Assembly (NCBI GenBank): GCA_003971905.1
Contig: RSEE01000011.1
Location: 496,001-560,000, forward strand
Source: Moniliella sp. 'wahieum'
Taxonomy: Eukaryota
Length of the DNA stretch: 64,000 nt
Direction: 5' to 3'
Positions 47,543 through 60,844 of the stretch are shown here, piece by piece. The notes below the pieces were generated by a model. That model worked only from the letters and a program-made list of their open reading frames with translations, did not search any database and was not told where the DNA came from. Every line of letters starts with the position of its first letter. The stretch's first letter is position 1. A program made the translations under genes and the position numbers.

Positions 47543-49152
47543 ATGAGCACAGAGCAAACCAGCCTGCTTCCTCAGCCGGTGCCCGCGGCCTCCGCCCACC
47601 CCATGCCGCGCTGGATGGGGAGTACGCGGAACCTTGCCAAGCGGCGCTCTCTGGGACGGATCTTGGGCTACGCTGTGGGCCTGGCCATGCTGGTTACGTT
47701 TTATCTCGCCTGGTCCGGCCACTGGTTTGGCCGCTCGCACACCGGGCACGATGTTCCCCGGAGCAAGCCCCCTGCGGTGCCGACCGACGAGGGTGCCATC
47801 CTTGCCACCGCGCAGTGGAGCGACGTGCGTCGGCCGCGCCACGGCCGCTTGGGAGACGGGCTGAAACGCCGTTATGTGCGTACGGCCGACTTGACGTTTG
47901 ACGCGCCCGACCAGCTCTTTTTCCACAGCTTTGGTGCACGTCATTTCACTTCCTTTTCTCTTCTCGGAGAGGGCATAATGGGTCCGTCGCGGTACACGTC
48001 GAGGCTTGGGCAGACGAGGCGTGGGTGCTGGAGAATGAGTTGACCATCGTTGCCCTCAATTCGTCCAAGGGTACCCATGGCGTCGGTGTCTATTCCAACC
48101 ATCACCCTTTCCACTCGACCCACCACAACATCCACGTCGATCTCACCGCCCATTTGCCTCAAGCAAACGGCGCGGAGCGGGGCGCACTTAAGCGGATCGA
48201 CGTTCGTGGTGATGCAGCCAGCTTCACTGCGGAGGATGTGGCATTGGATGTGGGTGCAATGGACATCAATGTCAAGGTGGGCAACATCAAATTGTTGGGG
48301 GTACGTTCACATCCTGTCGGATACGGATCTAAGCGCAGGAGTGCAACCCACTGACCTTATATGGTACTTTTGCTTCTAGGTTGTTCCAGTACGACGCTCC
48401 TGCAACTCTGGTCTAATGCTGGCTCGATCCAGGCACCCGGAGCGGTCAAGACCGAAACTCTCGTGGCCAAGTCGGATGTGGGCACGATCGAGTTTGGGCA
48501 GGTGAGCGCGGCGGCCTATGCCCTGTTCCAGTCACAAAGCGGCACTGTGACAGTGGACAAGGTTCATGCGCCGAAGGTGGATCTGAAGGCGGATGTGGGA
48601 TCAGTAAAGATTACCAGGGCCGCTGTGGTCCAGCACCTTACGCTTCACAGCAACACGGGCACTGTCTCTGTCGCGGGTCTCACCCCCGTTCTGTTCCCGA
48701 AAAGCAAAGACGAGGCCACAGTTTCTCTTACCTCGAATCTCGGGTGGGTTAAGGCCGTCTTTACGGACGAGTACGAAGAATCGGAGGACGATGTTAAGAC
48801 GACCCCTGCTGAGCACGTCATTTCCACTTTGGAGAGCGAAACGGGATCGGTGTATACAGTGTACCCTCCCTCGTTTGCCGGTACCGTCAATGCCAGCTCG
48901 GACACTGGCAGCGTACATGTGGCCTGGGAGAAAGCGAACTCTTCGCGCGATTGGGCTTGGAACCATCAGAAGTCATTGTTGGGTGAGAAGTACGAAGGCT
49001 GTGTCTTTACTGTTTCTCATGATGATGCCCAGTTCCAAGCGGAAGCTCCTCGGCTCGACACCACTTCGTTGCCATCCCGCTGTGAGATCGAGAAGGTGCC
49101 GTCCCAGACGCGCTTGCACTCTGACTTAGGATCGATCCAGATTACATTTTGA
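47543..49152 (+). CDS. Type II membrane protein with beta-repeat (DUF4097/adhesin-like) domain
   Basis: N-terminal EQTSLL, TM ILGYAVGLAMLVTFYLAW, repeated S[DN]xG[ST][IV] strands (SNAGSI, SDVGTI, SNTGTV, SETGSV, SDTGSV, SDLGSI). Confidence 0.65.
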
Positions 49153-49384
49153 AGACCAGAAGCCACAGTCTCTGGCGACGTCGGGTTGAACGAAAAGCAA
49201 GTATATCTACAAGTAACGGAAATGTATATATCGTGTGAATAGCATCCCTTCAAGCAGTGAGTGTAAGTTAATGAGGAGGGAACTGGCTACGGAAGGGACC
49301 CTGCTGTGTGCATAGACTGGCAAGCGATAAAATGCATTCGAGACTTGAATGGGGGAGAGGGAGTGGAAGATGCGACCTCTCTGC

Positions 49385-52300
49385 CTATATGATCGTCACG
49401 CGCCGCTCCCACCAGCGCTCACGCCGGACGCAACTGAGCGTCGCCGGGGGTGCCCATGCCGAGAGGCGAATGGCAGCGGCAAAGAACCATTCTTGACGGG
49501 GACTCCAGGCCTGGCCTGGGTTGCGGAACGAGTTGCGCAGCAAGCGTCCCAGCTGCTCGCGTAGCGCCAGGAGCAGCACCAGCGACCGCAGGCTGCCCAG
49601 TCGCACCCGCACCTTCTTGTCCAGCACCAGCGTCAGCGCCCCCAACCGGGCTCCCCCCCCCGCACATCAGCAACAGCGCCCGGTCGTCCAGCGGCGCCGT
49701 CTCGCACGCATACAAGCGCCGACTGCGCAGCAGCGTAAAGTACAGCAAGTGATGCACGCTCGACGGCAACTCGTCCCCCAGCCGCCGGCGTGCATTCACG
49801 CTGCCCGGGTGGATTGCGATCGGCTGCTGACTGCCAATCGTGCGCATCGCATTCGTGCTCTTCTCGAGCGCCACCACCTTAGGGTACAGCCCTGCCGCCG
49901 CGGCCGCATGGATGATACTGGCGCTGGAGCCATACTCGTTGTATGCCGCTGGCACCGCCGTAAACCGCGGCCGACCCCACCCGCGCACCCGGACCCGCGC
50001 CAGCTCTTTCCGTGCGCCGCCGGGACCGAGACGAATCCAGCGTCGATCAGGTACAGCAAGTACTGTTGCCGTAGCTCTTCCATTTCGCCTAGCGTCTGGG
50101 CGAAAGGAAATTCTTTTGGCAGAATTGCCGACCCACGTGGTTCCCCACCGCCCGTTTCCAACTGTTGAACGCATTCGCCACCGTCAGCAGGTCCGAGTCG
50201 GCAATTTTGAAGCCCTGCTTGGCCGCATCTGCACGGTTCTCCTTCCCCAGCGGCGCCACAAAGGGAGACTTGGCGTTGAGCGCCGCTGTGATGGTCAGGG
50301 CCGCATCCAGGCATCGCATCGACGTGGCGACAAGCAGGAACTTGCCCATGTGCACGTCGAGCGGAAGCTTGCTCAGGTGCCGGCCGAGCGGAGTGATCTC
50401 CTCTGTTGTGGTGAGTGCTTTGACTTCGACCAGCGCGGCAACAGCCCGTTGCACATTCACAGCCGTTGGGGATCGAGTGCTTGCGACAAGGCATTCTCAA
50501 TCGACGTGCCAATCTTGATTTTCATGACCTTGAGTTTGAGTGCCAGTCTTGAAGCGACAAGCGTAGCATCTCGGGAAGTGGGTGTTCCTCCATGTGGTGC
50601 TCATACCGGAATTTGGTAAAGGTGGAAGCACAGCCTTCCTGCACACGGCCCGCACGGCCACGGCGCTGCTTGGCGTTCGACTTGGCATGAAGCAGTCGAC
50701 CAACCGCGAAATCTGGCGCTTCTCATCGAACCGCATCTCCCGATGCCGCCCCGAGTCAATAACGCACGTCACGTCCGGGATCGTCACACCCGTTTCAGCA
50801 ATGTTGGTCGAGATGACGATCTTGCGCGTTCCTTCGGGCGGAACTTCAAACACCTGTTGTTGGCTGTCGCTACTGAGCGACGAATGGAGCGGGTAAATGC
50901 GGAAGCCGCGGTCAAAGCGAGGATGCCCAATCAACACGTCGTGCAGGGCGCGAATGTCGGCCAACCCCGGCATAAAAACGAGGACGGCCTTGCTGAACCG
51001 CTGGTACTCGGGCGTATCAAAGCAGATCTGCTCCAGAAGCTTGACGATCAGCTCGTGGTTGACCACATTCTGGTTCATCCGATCAATCATCTCAATCGTC
51101 TTTGGCGAGTAGACGCGGCCTTCTCCCGAACCCGAACTGGAGGCCAGTGCCGCTGCATCTTCCTCTTCTTCCCCGTCTCCTTCTCCTTCTCCATCGTCAA
51201 CGTCTTCATCAAGGTCCTTGCTGCGCTTTAGTTTGGCCAGGTTGCTCTTCTTCTGCGCGGCAGATATTCCGTTCTTGTTCACGTCCCTCCGCTCGTACTG
51301 CGAATTGGGCTCTACCACATATTTGCACAATTCCACCGCGTCTTCGAGGTGCTCCACTTGCACGGGGAATGTGCGTCCAGGAACCGAAGGGTAGGACAGC
51401 CACCAAAGTAGCGCTAATCCGCTCCGCATCCAACGTGGCGGACATGAGCACAACTTTGAGCTCGGGCTTGGCCGCCATCAGGCTCTTGAGGATGATCAAG
51501 AGGAAATCCGACTCGATCGAACGCTCATGAACCTCATCGATAATGATGTGGGTAATGTCCTTGAAGCCGTCACCTTCAAGCATCCGGAGAACAATACCGT
51601 TGGTGGCGTAGATCAAGCGTGCATCCCGCCCGACACTGCTCTCCAGACGGATCGCATATCCTACCAGACTCTCTGCGGTACCCACAGCATGCTTGGCCTC
51701 ACCCAACTCGGCCGAGACACGTTCGGCTAACGAGATGGCCGAAATCCGACGGGGCTCGGTACAGTAAATCTTGCATGGCTGGGAGCGACTCAAGCAATGT
51801 TCGAGAATGTACGCAGGCACTTGCGTCGACTTACCGCAACCCGTTTCGCCCGACAAGACAAACACTTGGTTGTGATCGAGAATGTCGAGAATGTGATCGC
51901 GATACGCATAAATTGGCAACTGCTCCCGGCCAGGTCGCATCGCCTCGTACGCGGGGGAAGCTTGACGCGTCTCGAGAGCTTCGCGCAGACGTGCCGTCGT
52001 ACGTTCGCTCGGGCGCTTGGATTGGAGGGAAAGCGTGGTTTGTCCCTCATCCGCTGCGGGCTTGGCTTTGGCGGGCGTTGCAGTAGATGGAGGAGGGGCA
52101 GGCGCCTCAACCAACCGCGGTTCAACCAAGTCTTTGACCCGGGCCAAGGTCTGGCGCGCCGCCGTGCTCCGCTCCCGCGAACGACAATTCTCAATCTGGT
52201 CCCCCACTCACGGTAGCCTGCACCGAGCATCCGTTGAACTGGACGGTCTTGTTCAATGCAGTTGAGAGCCAGGGTAGAGGTCAAGTCATGGGCTTGTGCC

Positions 52301-54372
52301 TTGGTCTCGGCACACTCGCCTGTCATGGTAAATGTGTCGATGAAAACCATGTCGGGAGCACGCCGTTGAGAGATGGGAAGGGCCGCTTGCGCCGATGCCA
52401 CATGGGGGCCCGTCCACTGCACCGTCAACTTACTGCGGAAGAAGCGACCAGGTCCATTCAACGTCTCGTACTTTGCGGTCGCCGTGGGATCAAGCCGGCG
52501 CAAGGTCTGTAGCAGTAGGCTCTGGGGTGTGTTTCCTCCATTCTTGGTTTTGGGGGGCAACTTGCGTACTGTCACTGTCGCTTGGGGCTCGCTGTCCTTG
52601 CTTGTTTCCCCGGGATCTTGGAACATCCTTACCAGTCCCTCCTCATCCTCCTCCGGCTTGGAGACGGGTGCAACTGTATCGGGGATAGATTTGTTGTCCC
52701 CTTCCTCCTGGGACGAGGAAGACGTCTCCTCATCAGAAGCGGGGGGTTGCGTAGCAGCCTCAGTAACCGCCTTAGCCGCCGCCGCTTCCTCTGCCTGTTT
52801 CTTCTTCTCCGCCGCCTCTTGCTCGGCGAGTGCGATGATTTGTTCCCAATTCTCCTTCCCGGCACGAGAGCGGTCACTGGCACGCTGCTTCCCCAGCGCG
52901 GCAGTCAAGACACTCTCGGCTGCCGCAGCGTTGAAGCGAGGTACCTTCTCCGCCTCGGCGATTCGCGCGTACAGACTGCCATGGACTTGCCGAACAACCT
53001 TGGCCGTCTCGAATCCAACCCTTGTGGATTGAGCAAGTGGGCTTGGCCGAGCGCGCGCTTCATCTGGGCATACACCTCCTCCACCTTATTGGTCCAGATC
53101 TTGGTTGCCACCCAGGCTTTGATTGCGCCGGCAGTGATTACATCCAACTCCCCCTCCTCATCAGTGAGGTGGGCTTGAGCCTCATTCGCAAGAGAAAGCG
53201 CATGCTTGAGCAGCTCCCTCACCCGGAACATCGGAAGGATGATCGTCTCGTCCGAAGGAGGCTGAATTGTCCGTTTCTTTTTCCTCCCTGCTCTTGTGCT
53301 CCCTCTCCCTCAACTGCGGGGGCAGGGGAAGGCACAAAATTCGCTTCACTGGCCTTGGTGATCGTACGCTGGAACGTATACGCCGGATGGGAGGGTGGGA
53401 TACTGCGATCCAACACGGCCACATCTTCTTCCCCAGTACCAGCACCTGGACTGGCGCTCACCATTGCCTTGGTCGCTGCTTCCAGCTCCTCTTCAGACAG
53501 ACGGATGGCGAGGTAGGTCAGGCAGTCCTCCAACTCAAACCGGGGTGCGTTCCGTAGCGCCATTTCGGTCTGCTCTTGAGAGTAGCCAAGCTTGAGCAAG
53601 AGGCCACGTGTGACAAGCGCACGGGGCAAAGCCTTGTCCAGTGGTTGGGTCGCATCCTTCAACGGTGGAGGAGGAAGCGTCTCCCACTCGGGCGCCGGGG
53701 GGTGAGAAGGCACAGTTGCAGCCTCCGGTTCTGCAGCAACAATCCCAGTCTCGGTGGATACGACAGCACCAGGAACGAATTCGGCAGCTTCGGCTGAAAG
53801 CGGAGTACCGTCTTGTTTGGGCTTGTCATTGTTCCTATTAGCAGATGTTTCCTTTTCCTCCTCAACGGGCTTGTCCTTGTCCTCCGCTTCTGGCACACGA
53901 TAGGAGTACGATACAAGGTCCAGCAGCTCCTCCCGCAGATCGGGCTCGAAGTCAAAGGACAAGAGCGTATCGGCCTGACGCTGGTCAAACTCCAGCGTCT
54001 GTACGGAGGTTCAAATCCGGTCAGTTGAGAGAAGAGAGCATAACCAGGGGAGACCAACGCACCTTCCACAGCTTGGCAATTTCCTTATCGGCTTTGTCCC
54101 AGTACTGGTTCACCAAGTCTTGCAGAAGCTGTTGCTCAGTATCGTCTTCATCGAAACCATACAACGACTGGCAAGAGGGAGAGCCCTTGTCCTTTTCCTT
54201 GTCCTTGTCACTTGAGACGGGCGCGGCAGTGTCCTTGCCTTGAGGGCGAGCAGATGGGGACGGGGCCGCAGCGGACGGGGGTTGTGCAGCTGCCTTCTTG
54301 GGAACCGACGTGGTCGCAAACCCACGATTGATGCCAGGAGGCGCCTTGAGGGTAGGCTTCTTTCTTTGCCAT
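49385..54372 (-). CDS. DEAH-box RNA helicase, DHX29/DHX57-like, frameshifted
   Basis: N-terminal RGFATTSVPKK; GETGCGKSTQVP, TEPRRISAISLAERV, DEVHER, MSAT, ISTNIAETGVTIPDV, HA2 TPLGRHLSKLPLDV, OB-fold AIHPGSVN. Confidence 0.9.
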
Positions 54373-54972
54373 CGGCGCGGTGCCCGCAGGCTGGCGGGCT
54401 CAAGGCACACGGTAGTGGGGGTAAGAGAAAGAGCGCAGGCGTTGGTAGCGCCAGGTAGAGCGAGATGGACGGTTGTAGCGGGCGGTGCAGGCCAGTCAGG
54501 CTAGGACAGCGATTCCGATGGCAGGGAAAGAGGAGTTGCGATTAAGGTGTCGGTGGAGATGGTGAGGTCGATGACGATGCCGATGCCGATGGTGGGCAGT
54601 GGCGGTAGCAATGGCGACGGTGGGGGTGGAGGTGGACTGTCCGCCGGAAGCTCCCGGCTGACACTTCGTAAGTGCAGTTTTGAGGCACATGATGCATGAC
54701 GCATGACGCATGAGCATGGGCACAGACCAGTGGCTGTCGCCCTGGGGCACTGCGCCAGTGCCTCCCCATCAACCCTACCAACCCTAGCCCCTATGGGCAG
54801 GAAGCCCCGCCAACCGCAACACGCACGAATGGGAGGGACTGAAATGTCATAAATGGGCGTTTTTTTTCTCGGTTGGTAACGAGTAACGCGTAACGAGCAC
54901 CTAGCCACTAGCAGCCCCCGTCGCTCCTGCCCCAAAGATAGTCATTTGCATGTGCCCAACACATTCATTCGC

Positions 54973-56429
54973 TTAGGCCGTCGCCCCCAGGTGGAACATA
55001 GTCGAGTGCAGTGCTCCCAGCAGACGCTTGGGGTTGCCCTGGCTCTCTACCAGCCGCGCACGCAGGTCGTCCTGCGTCATCCCACCCACCATCTTGGTGC
55101 CTGCCACTTCCTTAAACGCCAGCGCCTCAGGCACGGTAATGACTCGCTCCGTGTTGAACACAGTAAACTCGCATGCCTTGGCGTGGGCCACATGCTCGGG
55201 CTTGAGCCTCTTGTCATAGACCTCCCAGATCGTTCCCGCCTTCTTGTCGTGGACCTGGAGGAGCAAGTGGTACGCCATCCGGAACCACGACGGTGCATAG
55301 GACTGAGCTGCGATTGCAAGCCCCTTCTTGATCCGCAGCTCGGCGCTTGGATCGCGCCGAACGCGCGTTGTCCTTAAAGATCTGAAGGAAAAAGCGCTGC
55401 AGGGCAAACTCCCAAGACTGGAGGGTATGGAAACTAGGATCCTTGTACTCCGTCGGGGTAAAGCACGTCTCCGCCTCGTCCAGGGCAAACACAAATGGAA
55501 CTGGTCCTGAGCGATGAGGGAGCGGAAGATAAGCTCGAGCCCTTCCTGCTTGCGCGTCGGGGAAACGCCTTCCTTGACAACTTCCTGGATCAGTGCGGTG
55601 ATCGATTTGTCCGCTCCAAACTCCAGCCCAGGGTAGGTAATCGTCCGCAAATCTGGCAGGACGTCCTTGTTGGTCTTTTGCAGATCCAGCAGAATGTCAT
55701 CCACCCGCTTGGGCAGCACCCACGCCTGGAGCGCCGGACTGTACACGTACTCGTTCCGACTCATGGACAGCGTGTCAGCCTTGGGCATATACGCGACCAC
55801 CGCCCCCTTGGACTTGCTGTGGCCAATAGCGTAAGCAAGAAGGTGTGACTTTCCTGTTCCTGCGGGCCCATCAGAAGCAAGGCCGAATGGTCACGCGGCG
55901 CAGCCGGGTCCTGGGCGAAGGCCTTGTTAATGGTCCCGGCCATCCGTAGTAGTAGTGCGGACGGTAGACCCAGGGACGAGAAAAATCGGGGTTGTCCTGT
56001 CCACAAGCGTCAGTATCATGTCCAAGGGTATATAGGGGGGGGGCTCACCTCCTTGCCGCGGGCTTTGTACGACCGAAGGGTGGAGAAGGACGAGGACACC
56101 GCGTCCGGCCAGCGGAAGATGCCATGAAGGCTGGTGGGCGTTGCGTGGGTAGCGTCGTATTCCACCGAAGCAGGCGGGGGCTGGGGTTCACGCCGGAAGT
56201 CGGACTCGGTGGTCCACTTGATGGGTGGGCCAGCCTCACGAATCATGTGGTCGGATACTTTGACAATGGTGCGGTCCTTCTTGGCAAAGCGACGGATGCT
56301 CTTGCCAGCCACGGGTGTGGAGCAGGTAAGGTAGCGAGGAGCGGGGACCTGGGCAACAGATGCGAGGGGCGCCCTGGCCAGCGCGCCGGCTCGTGCACGC
56401 ACCGTCCGAGAAACGCACCCGCACGACAT
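54973..56429 (-). CDS. RSM23: Mitochondrial ribosomal protein mS29 (DAP3/Rsm23), frameshifted
   Basis: Arg-rich targeting peptide, LLLMGPQ..GKSH P-loop, VVAYMPKA, ALDEAETCFTPTEYKDP, terminal SQGNPKRL. Confidence 0.75.
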
Positions 56430-56693
56430 GGTCGTCGTCGTTGTCGGTGTCAGCGTCGCTGTCCCGGCGTGGATGGCTGGCGCCAACAAGCAAGAAGTTG
56501 CCAGGAAGATGGGGCCGGCTGAGGTAAGCGGAGTGCAATTGAATGTTGAAATGCTGGTGTGCCCCACTCATCGGGCACAAATGGCACGTGCGCCCTTACC
56601 TCAGCACGTGCACCAAATTCATTTTGTCTTCGCTCGTGTAGCTCTGCATTATCTCCGTTCCCTCCCCTCATCGACCTCATCACAACGTCCAAC

Positions 56694-57824
56694 ATGGGTC
56701 TGCCCGCCGCTGTCTTGCAGAGCGACTTGCCTCTACCGCTTCTCGCACGGGGAAAGGTGCGCGACGTATACGACACGAAGTCCGTGCTACAGGGTGAGCA
56801 GGGCGCCGAAGCGCCCTTGCTCTTTGTTGCCTCGGACCGCATCAGTGCCTTTGACGTTCTGATGGACAACGTGCGTGATCCCCCTCCCGCTCCTAATCAG
56901 GAAGAGAAGGAGACGCTAATTCATCTCTGTAGGGTGTCCCATCCAAGGGGGAGATCTTGACCGGCATCTCTACTTTTTGGTTTGACCTTCTCACCTCCGA
57001 CAAGGATGGAATTGTACCGTCCCACGTCCTCAGCACCTCTGTGTCAACCTTCCCTGCCGCTCTCAAGGAAACTCTGGCCAAGTCCGCCGGTGCGCTGGAG
57101 CGTGCTCAGGGCCGGTCGATGCTTGTGCGTCGCGCCAGCGTCATTCCGATTGAGGCAATTGTTCGTGGCTACCTTTCCGGCAGTGGCTGGGCCGAATACA
57201 AGCGGGCTGGTACGGTGCATGGCATTGCCCTTCCCGCTGGGCTGGAGGAGAGCGCCAAGATTCCTAATGGACCTCTTTTACCCCATCGACCAAGGCGGAA
57301 CAAGGCGACCATGATGAGAACATCCACCCGGACCAGGTCCCCAAGATCTTGGGCGGGGGAGAGTATGGAACGGCACTTGCTGCCCACCTAGCTCAAACGG
57401 CCAAAGCTGTTTACACCCGGGCGGCCGAACATGCTGCCACCCGTGGCCTGATCCTGGCTGACACCAAGTTCGAGTTCGGACTGGTGCCCCGGGCGCACCT
57501 GCCCTCCACCCCGCTGGTGCAGGCGCAACCAGCTTTGTCAACCCCCAAACGGGGGTGGAGGAGGTGCTGATTCTGGTGGATGAGGTGCTGACACCAGACA
57601 GCTCCCGCTTTTGGGATGCCGCCACGTACGCTGTGGGCCGGTCCCAGACCTCGTTTGACAAGCAATTTGTGCGTGATTGGTTGTTGGAGACGAAACTCAT
57701 TGGCCCCGACAAGCAGCCGGCTGGTGGGAAACCCATCTTGCTCCCAGACACAATCATTGCGGCGACCCGGGATCGTTATGCCCAGGCTTTCGAGAAGATT
57801 ACCGGGACCAAGTTTGGGGCCTAA
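56694..57824 (+). CDS. ADE1: SAICAR synthetase; intron 56871-56932
   Basis: LARGKVRDVY, FVASDRISAFDV, IPIEAIVRGYLSGSGW, ILADTKFEFG, LVDEVLTPDSSRFW, SFDKQFVRDWL. Confidence 0.96.
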
Positions 57825-58206
57825 ATCGCCCTTGTTCGATTCACCACAACTGGCGTTGCCAACCCAAGTAATTCCGATTCTACTATTAGCGTATGCGTCC
57901 CTATCTATCCAGGAGCTATAGATATCACAGTGGAATCGAATCGACCTGTATCGACATCATATGAACGCCATGAGAGGCATCCTCAATGAATTGAGTCGGT
58001 TTTTGTCGCCCGAAGTCGGAGACAAAAGGCGGGTTGGATGAGCATGCACCACATTCGCGATCAGTGGTCGCGCGAAGTAGTGCCATAGACTCGGTTGGGA
58101 GACAGCCACTAGGTCCATTCATTCGGGACGACAGCGGCACGTTCCCAGCAGAGGGGCAAAGAGAGAGGGGCAAGGAACGGCTCTTGAAATGGGCAATCAA
58201 GAAGGC

Positions 58207-58628
58207 TTAGGCCGCCGTCTTCTTCAGCTCCGCGCCGAGCAGCTTCCTCCGCTGCTGCTTGAGGTGGGTAATCTCAAAGCGCTGGAAGTCGGTGGTGGAC
58301 TTCTTGGCAGCGCGCGAAGCCAAGGTCTTGGCCCAGTTGCTCGCGGCCCACTTCTCGGCCCACCGGCCTTCTCGAAGTACTTCTTGACCACCTTGGAGCG
58401 CGCGGCGCGCGGCAGGTCCTTGACCACAAACTTGGTCAGGAGCAAGTACTTGTACTGGTACGGCTGGCGCACCACACCCGTGGTAGGCCCGTCAATGATG
58501 GCCCGGTTGGCATCGATGATCTCGGCAATCACCGCCAGCTTGCCGTTGACCGGCGACTTCTCATCGTTGATGAGCACCACACGGCCCACCTCGACGTAGC
58601 GCTTGAAGGACGAAGCCTGGGTCGACAT
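58207..58628 (-). CDS. RPL14: 60S ribosomal protein L14 (eL14); 5'-UTR intron 58629-58689
   Basis: FKRYVEVGRVVLI, GKLAVIAEIIDANRAIIDGP, TDFQRF. Confidence 0.95.
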
Positions 58629-59201
58629 CTGCAAAGAAAAAGGCCAACGTTAGCTAGCGCCGCCAACATTGGCACCAGGAAAGACGTACCTTGACCTCCG
58701 GACTAGCTGGGTAGATGGTGAAAGGCTGCGAGGCCAATTCACCCCCGCGGCTCGATACCCCCAGCCAAACGCGGATCGGGCCCGACCGCCCCTGTGCCTA
58801 CCAACGCTACATACCAAGAAGGTCACTGCCCCTTTGCGTCACCTAGCGCATTATACCTAGGGTTACAGGCGCAATTAATACTCGCCCATCTCGCTGCCCC
58901 CAGCCCTTTCTCTCCATTTCGGCGTCGCAGCATCCCTGATCACGTGATGTCAGTGACCGCTGATATGTGACCGGTGGCCCCTCCATCTATGCATCATGCA
59001 TCTTTCATCATTCATCACACGTCACGTGCACCGTATGAAATCGGTGCAAATTGCAACCGATTTTTTGGGGGATGGGCGGGCGAGCGCAACTTGGTCCAGC
59101 TTTGGCAGGCTTTGGCTTGGAGGAGGCAAGGCGGAGGCGCGGGGTCTCCCTTCACTAGCTTCACCACCACTCCTGGCAGGCGCTTTCTGTACATCGGCAC
59201 C

Positions 59202-60815
59202 ATGTCCGACACTGAACCTGCCGCATCTGCGGGCACACCCGCATTGACCAATAAGGAGCTTCGCATGGCCAAAAAGGCAGCGCGCGCCGAAGCCAAGGCG
59301 GCGCTTGCAGCCAAGCCTGCCAAGCCCGACATCCGCGGTCAAGAGGCCAAGAAGCGTAAGCGTCCCGCCCCCGATACGGATGCCGTTGTGATGCTGCAAC
59401 GGAGGCTGTCGAGGAAGCAGCTGCTGAATCCGAACAGCCAAATGAGGTGACGGAGGAAGAGGCCATCTCGCATAAAGAGGCGCGCAAACGGAGAAAGTTG
59501 GCCAAAGCGAGTGCGCAGCGGCGGGAACAAGGTCTGCCTGAACCGGAAGTCCAGGTAGAACACACGAAGGAAAAAGATGCGCGGTCTCCCTTTGCTCTGG
59601 GTGGGCAACATGTCGTTCAAGACCACGTCGGAGCACCTGGTGGAATGGTTGGAGGATAAGGGCATCCACGGCATTTCGCGCGTGGCGATGCCCAAGGGCG
59701 TGCGCAAGGGGGAAAAGAACCGCGGGTACGCCTATGTCGACGTGCCTTCCCAGGCCGAAGTGGAGATTGGCATTCGCATGTCGGAGTTGATGCTGGATGG
59801 ACGTAACTCCTCATCAAGTCCGCCGGCGACTTTTCCGGTCGGCCGGGTATTCCCTCGGCGGCGGTGCAAGCCGGTGAGAATGCTTTGAGTGAGGCCCAAA
59901 AGGCCCGCCCGGGTCTGCCCAAACGGCGGCTGCCATCCTGCGCAAACAGCGTCACCCCCCGCCGAAACCCTCTTCTTTGGCAACCTTAGCTTCAAGACCA
60001 CCCGGCCGACATTGAAATGATGCTGACCCGGGCAGCCGAGGAGCGGATGAACCGGAATCAAAAGAAGGCTGCTGCGCCGGAAGGGCCAAGGCTGCATCTG
60101 GGCCAGGCTCCGACTCGGGTTCGGGCTCCGACTCTGATTCCGATTCAGAGATGAAGGATGGCGAAGTCGCAACAGACGAGGCCGGTGAGGCAACTGCGTC
60201 GACCAAAGCCTCGACCAAGGATAAGAAGGCTGCCAAAGAGAATGGGACCAAGGGGATGCGTGGGCTGGGATCCGCAAAATCCGGATGGGGACATTTGAGG
60301 ATGCACCCGAAAAGTGCAAAGGATGGGCATTTGTCGACTTTCACACATTGGAGCATGCCACAGCGTCGTTGATCGATGCGCCTGCCACCCACCGTCTTCT
60401 TGGGCGGCAATTGGAAGTGGCCTATGCGTCCCCCGATGCAGTCCGGCGAGGGGCCAAGAAGGCTGTTCGTTGTTGGATACCGACCGGCCAAAGCCGATGC
60501 GTTTGGGTAAGGCAGCACGGATGCAGAAGCGAGAGCAAGACCAAGAACAGAAAGAGGCTGGTCCCGCCATGCGCCAATGGGGGGTTCCCGCCAACGGTGG
60601 AGAAGCCCAACCGGTATCAGCCCCAGCCCAGCTCCCTTTGATCCCTCAGCCCCATTGCCAAAGGCCCACAAGCCAACGCAGGCAGAACGTGCCGCCGCCA
60701 GGGCCGCCAAAAGGGCGGGTCTTCCCACCGTCCTGCGCCGGGCGCAGCATTGGCTCAGGCCCAGCGTGCTCCTGTGGCCGCAACGCCCGCCGGGACGAAA
60801 ACCACTTTTGATTAG
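59202..60815 (+). CDS. Nucleolar two-RRM protein (Nop13-like), frameshifted
   Basis: ISHKEARKRRK, LWVGNMSFKTT, NRGYAYVD, TLFFGNLSF, MGTFED..KCKGWAFVDF, LLGRQLEVAYASPDAVRRG, terminal KTTFD. Confidence 0.8.
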
Positions 60816-60844
60816 CTGCACAACTGTGCCTCCTATCTCGATGC

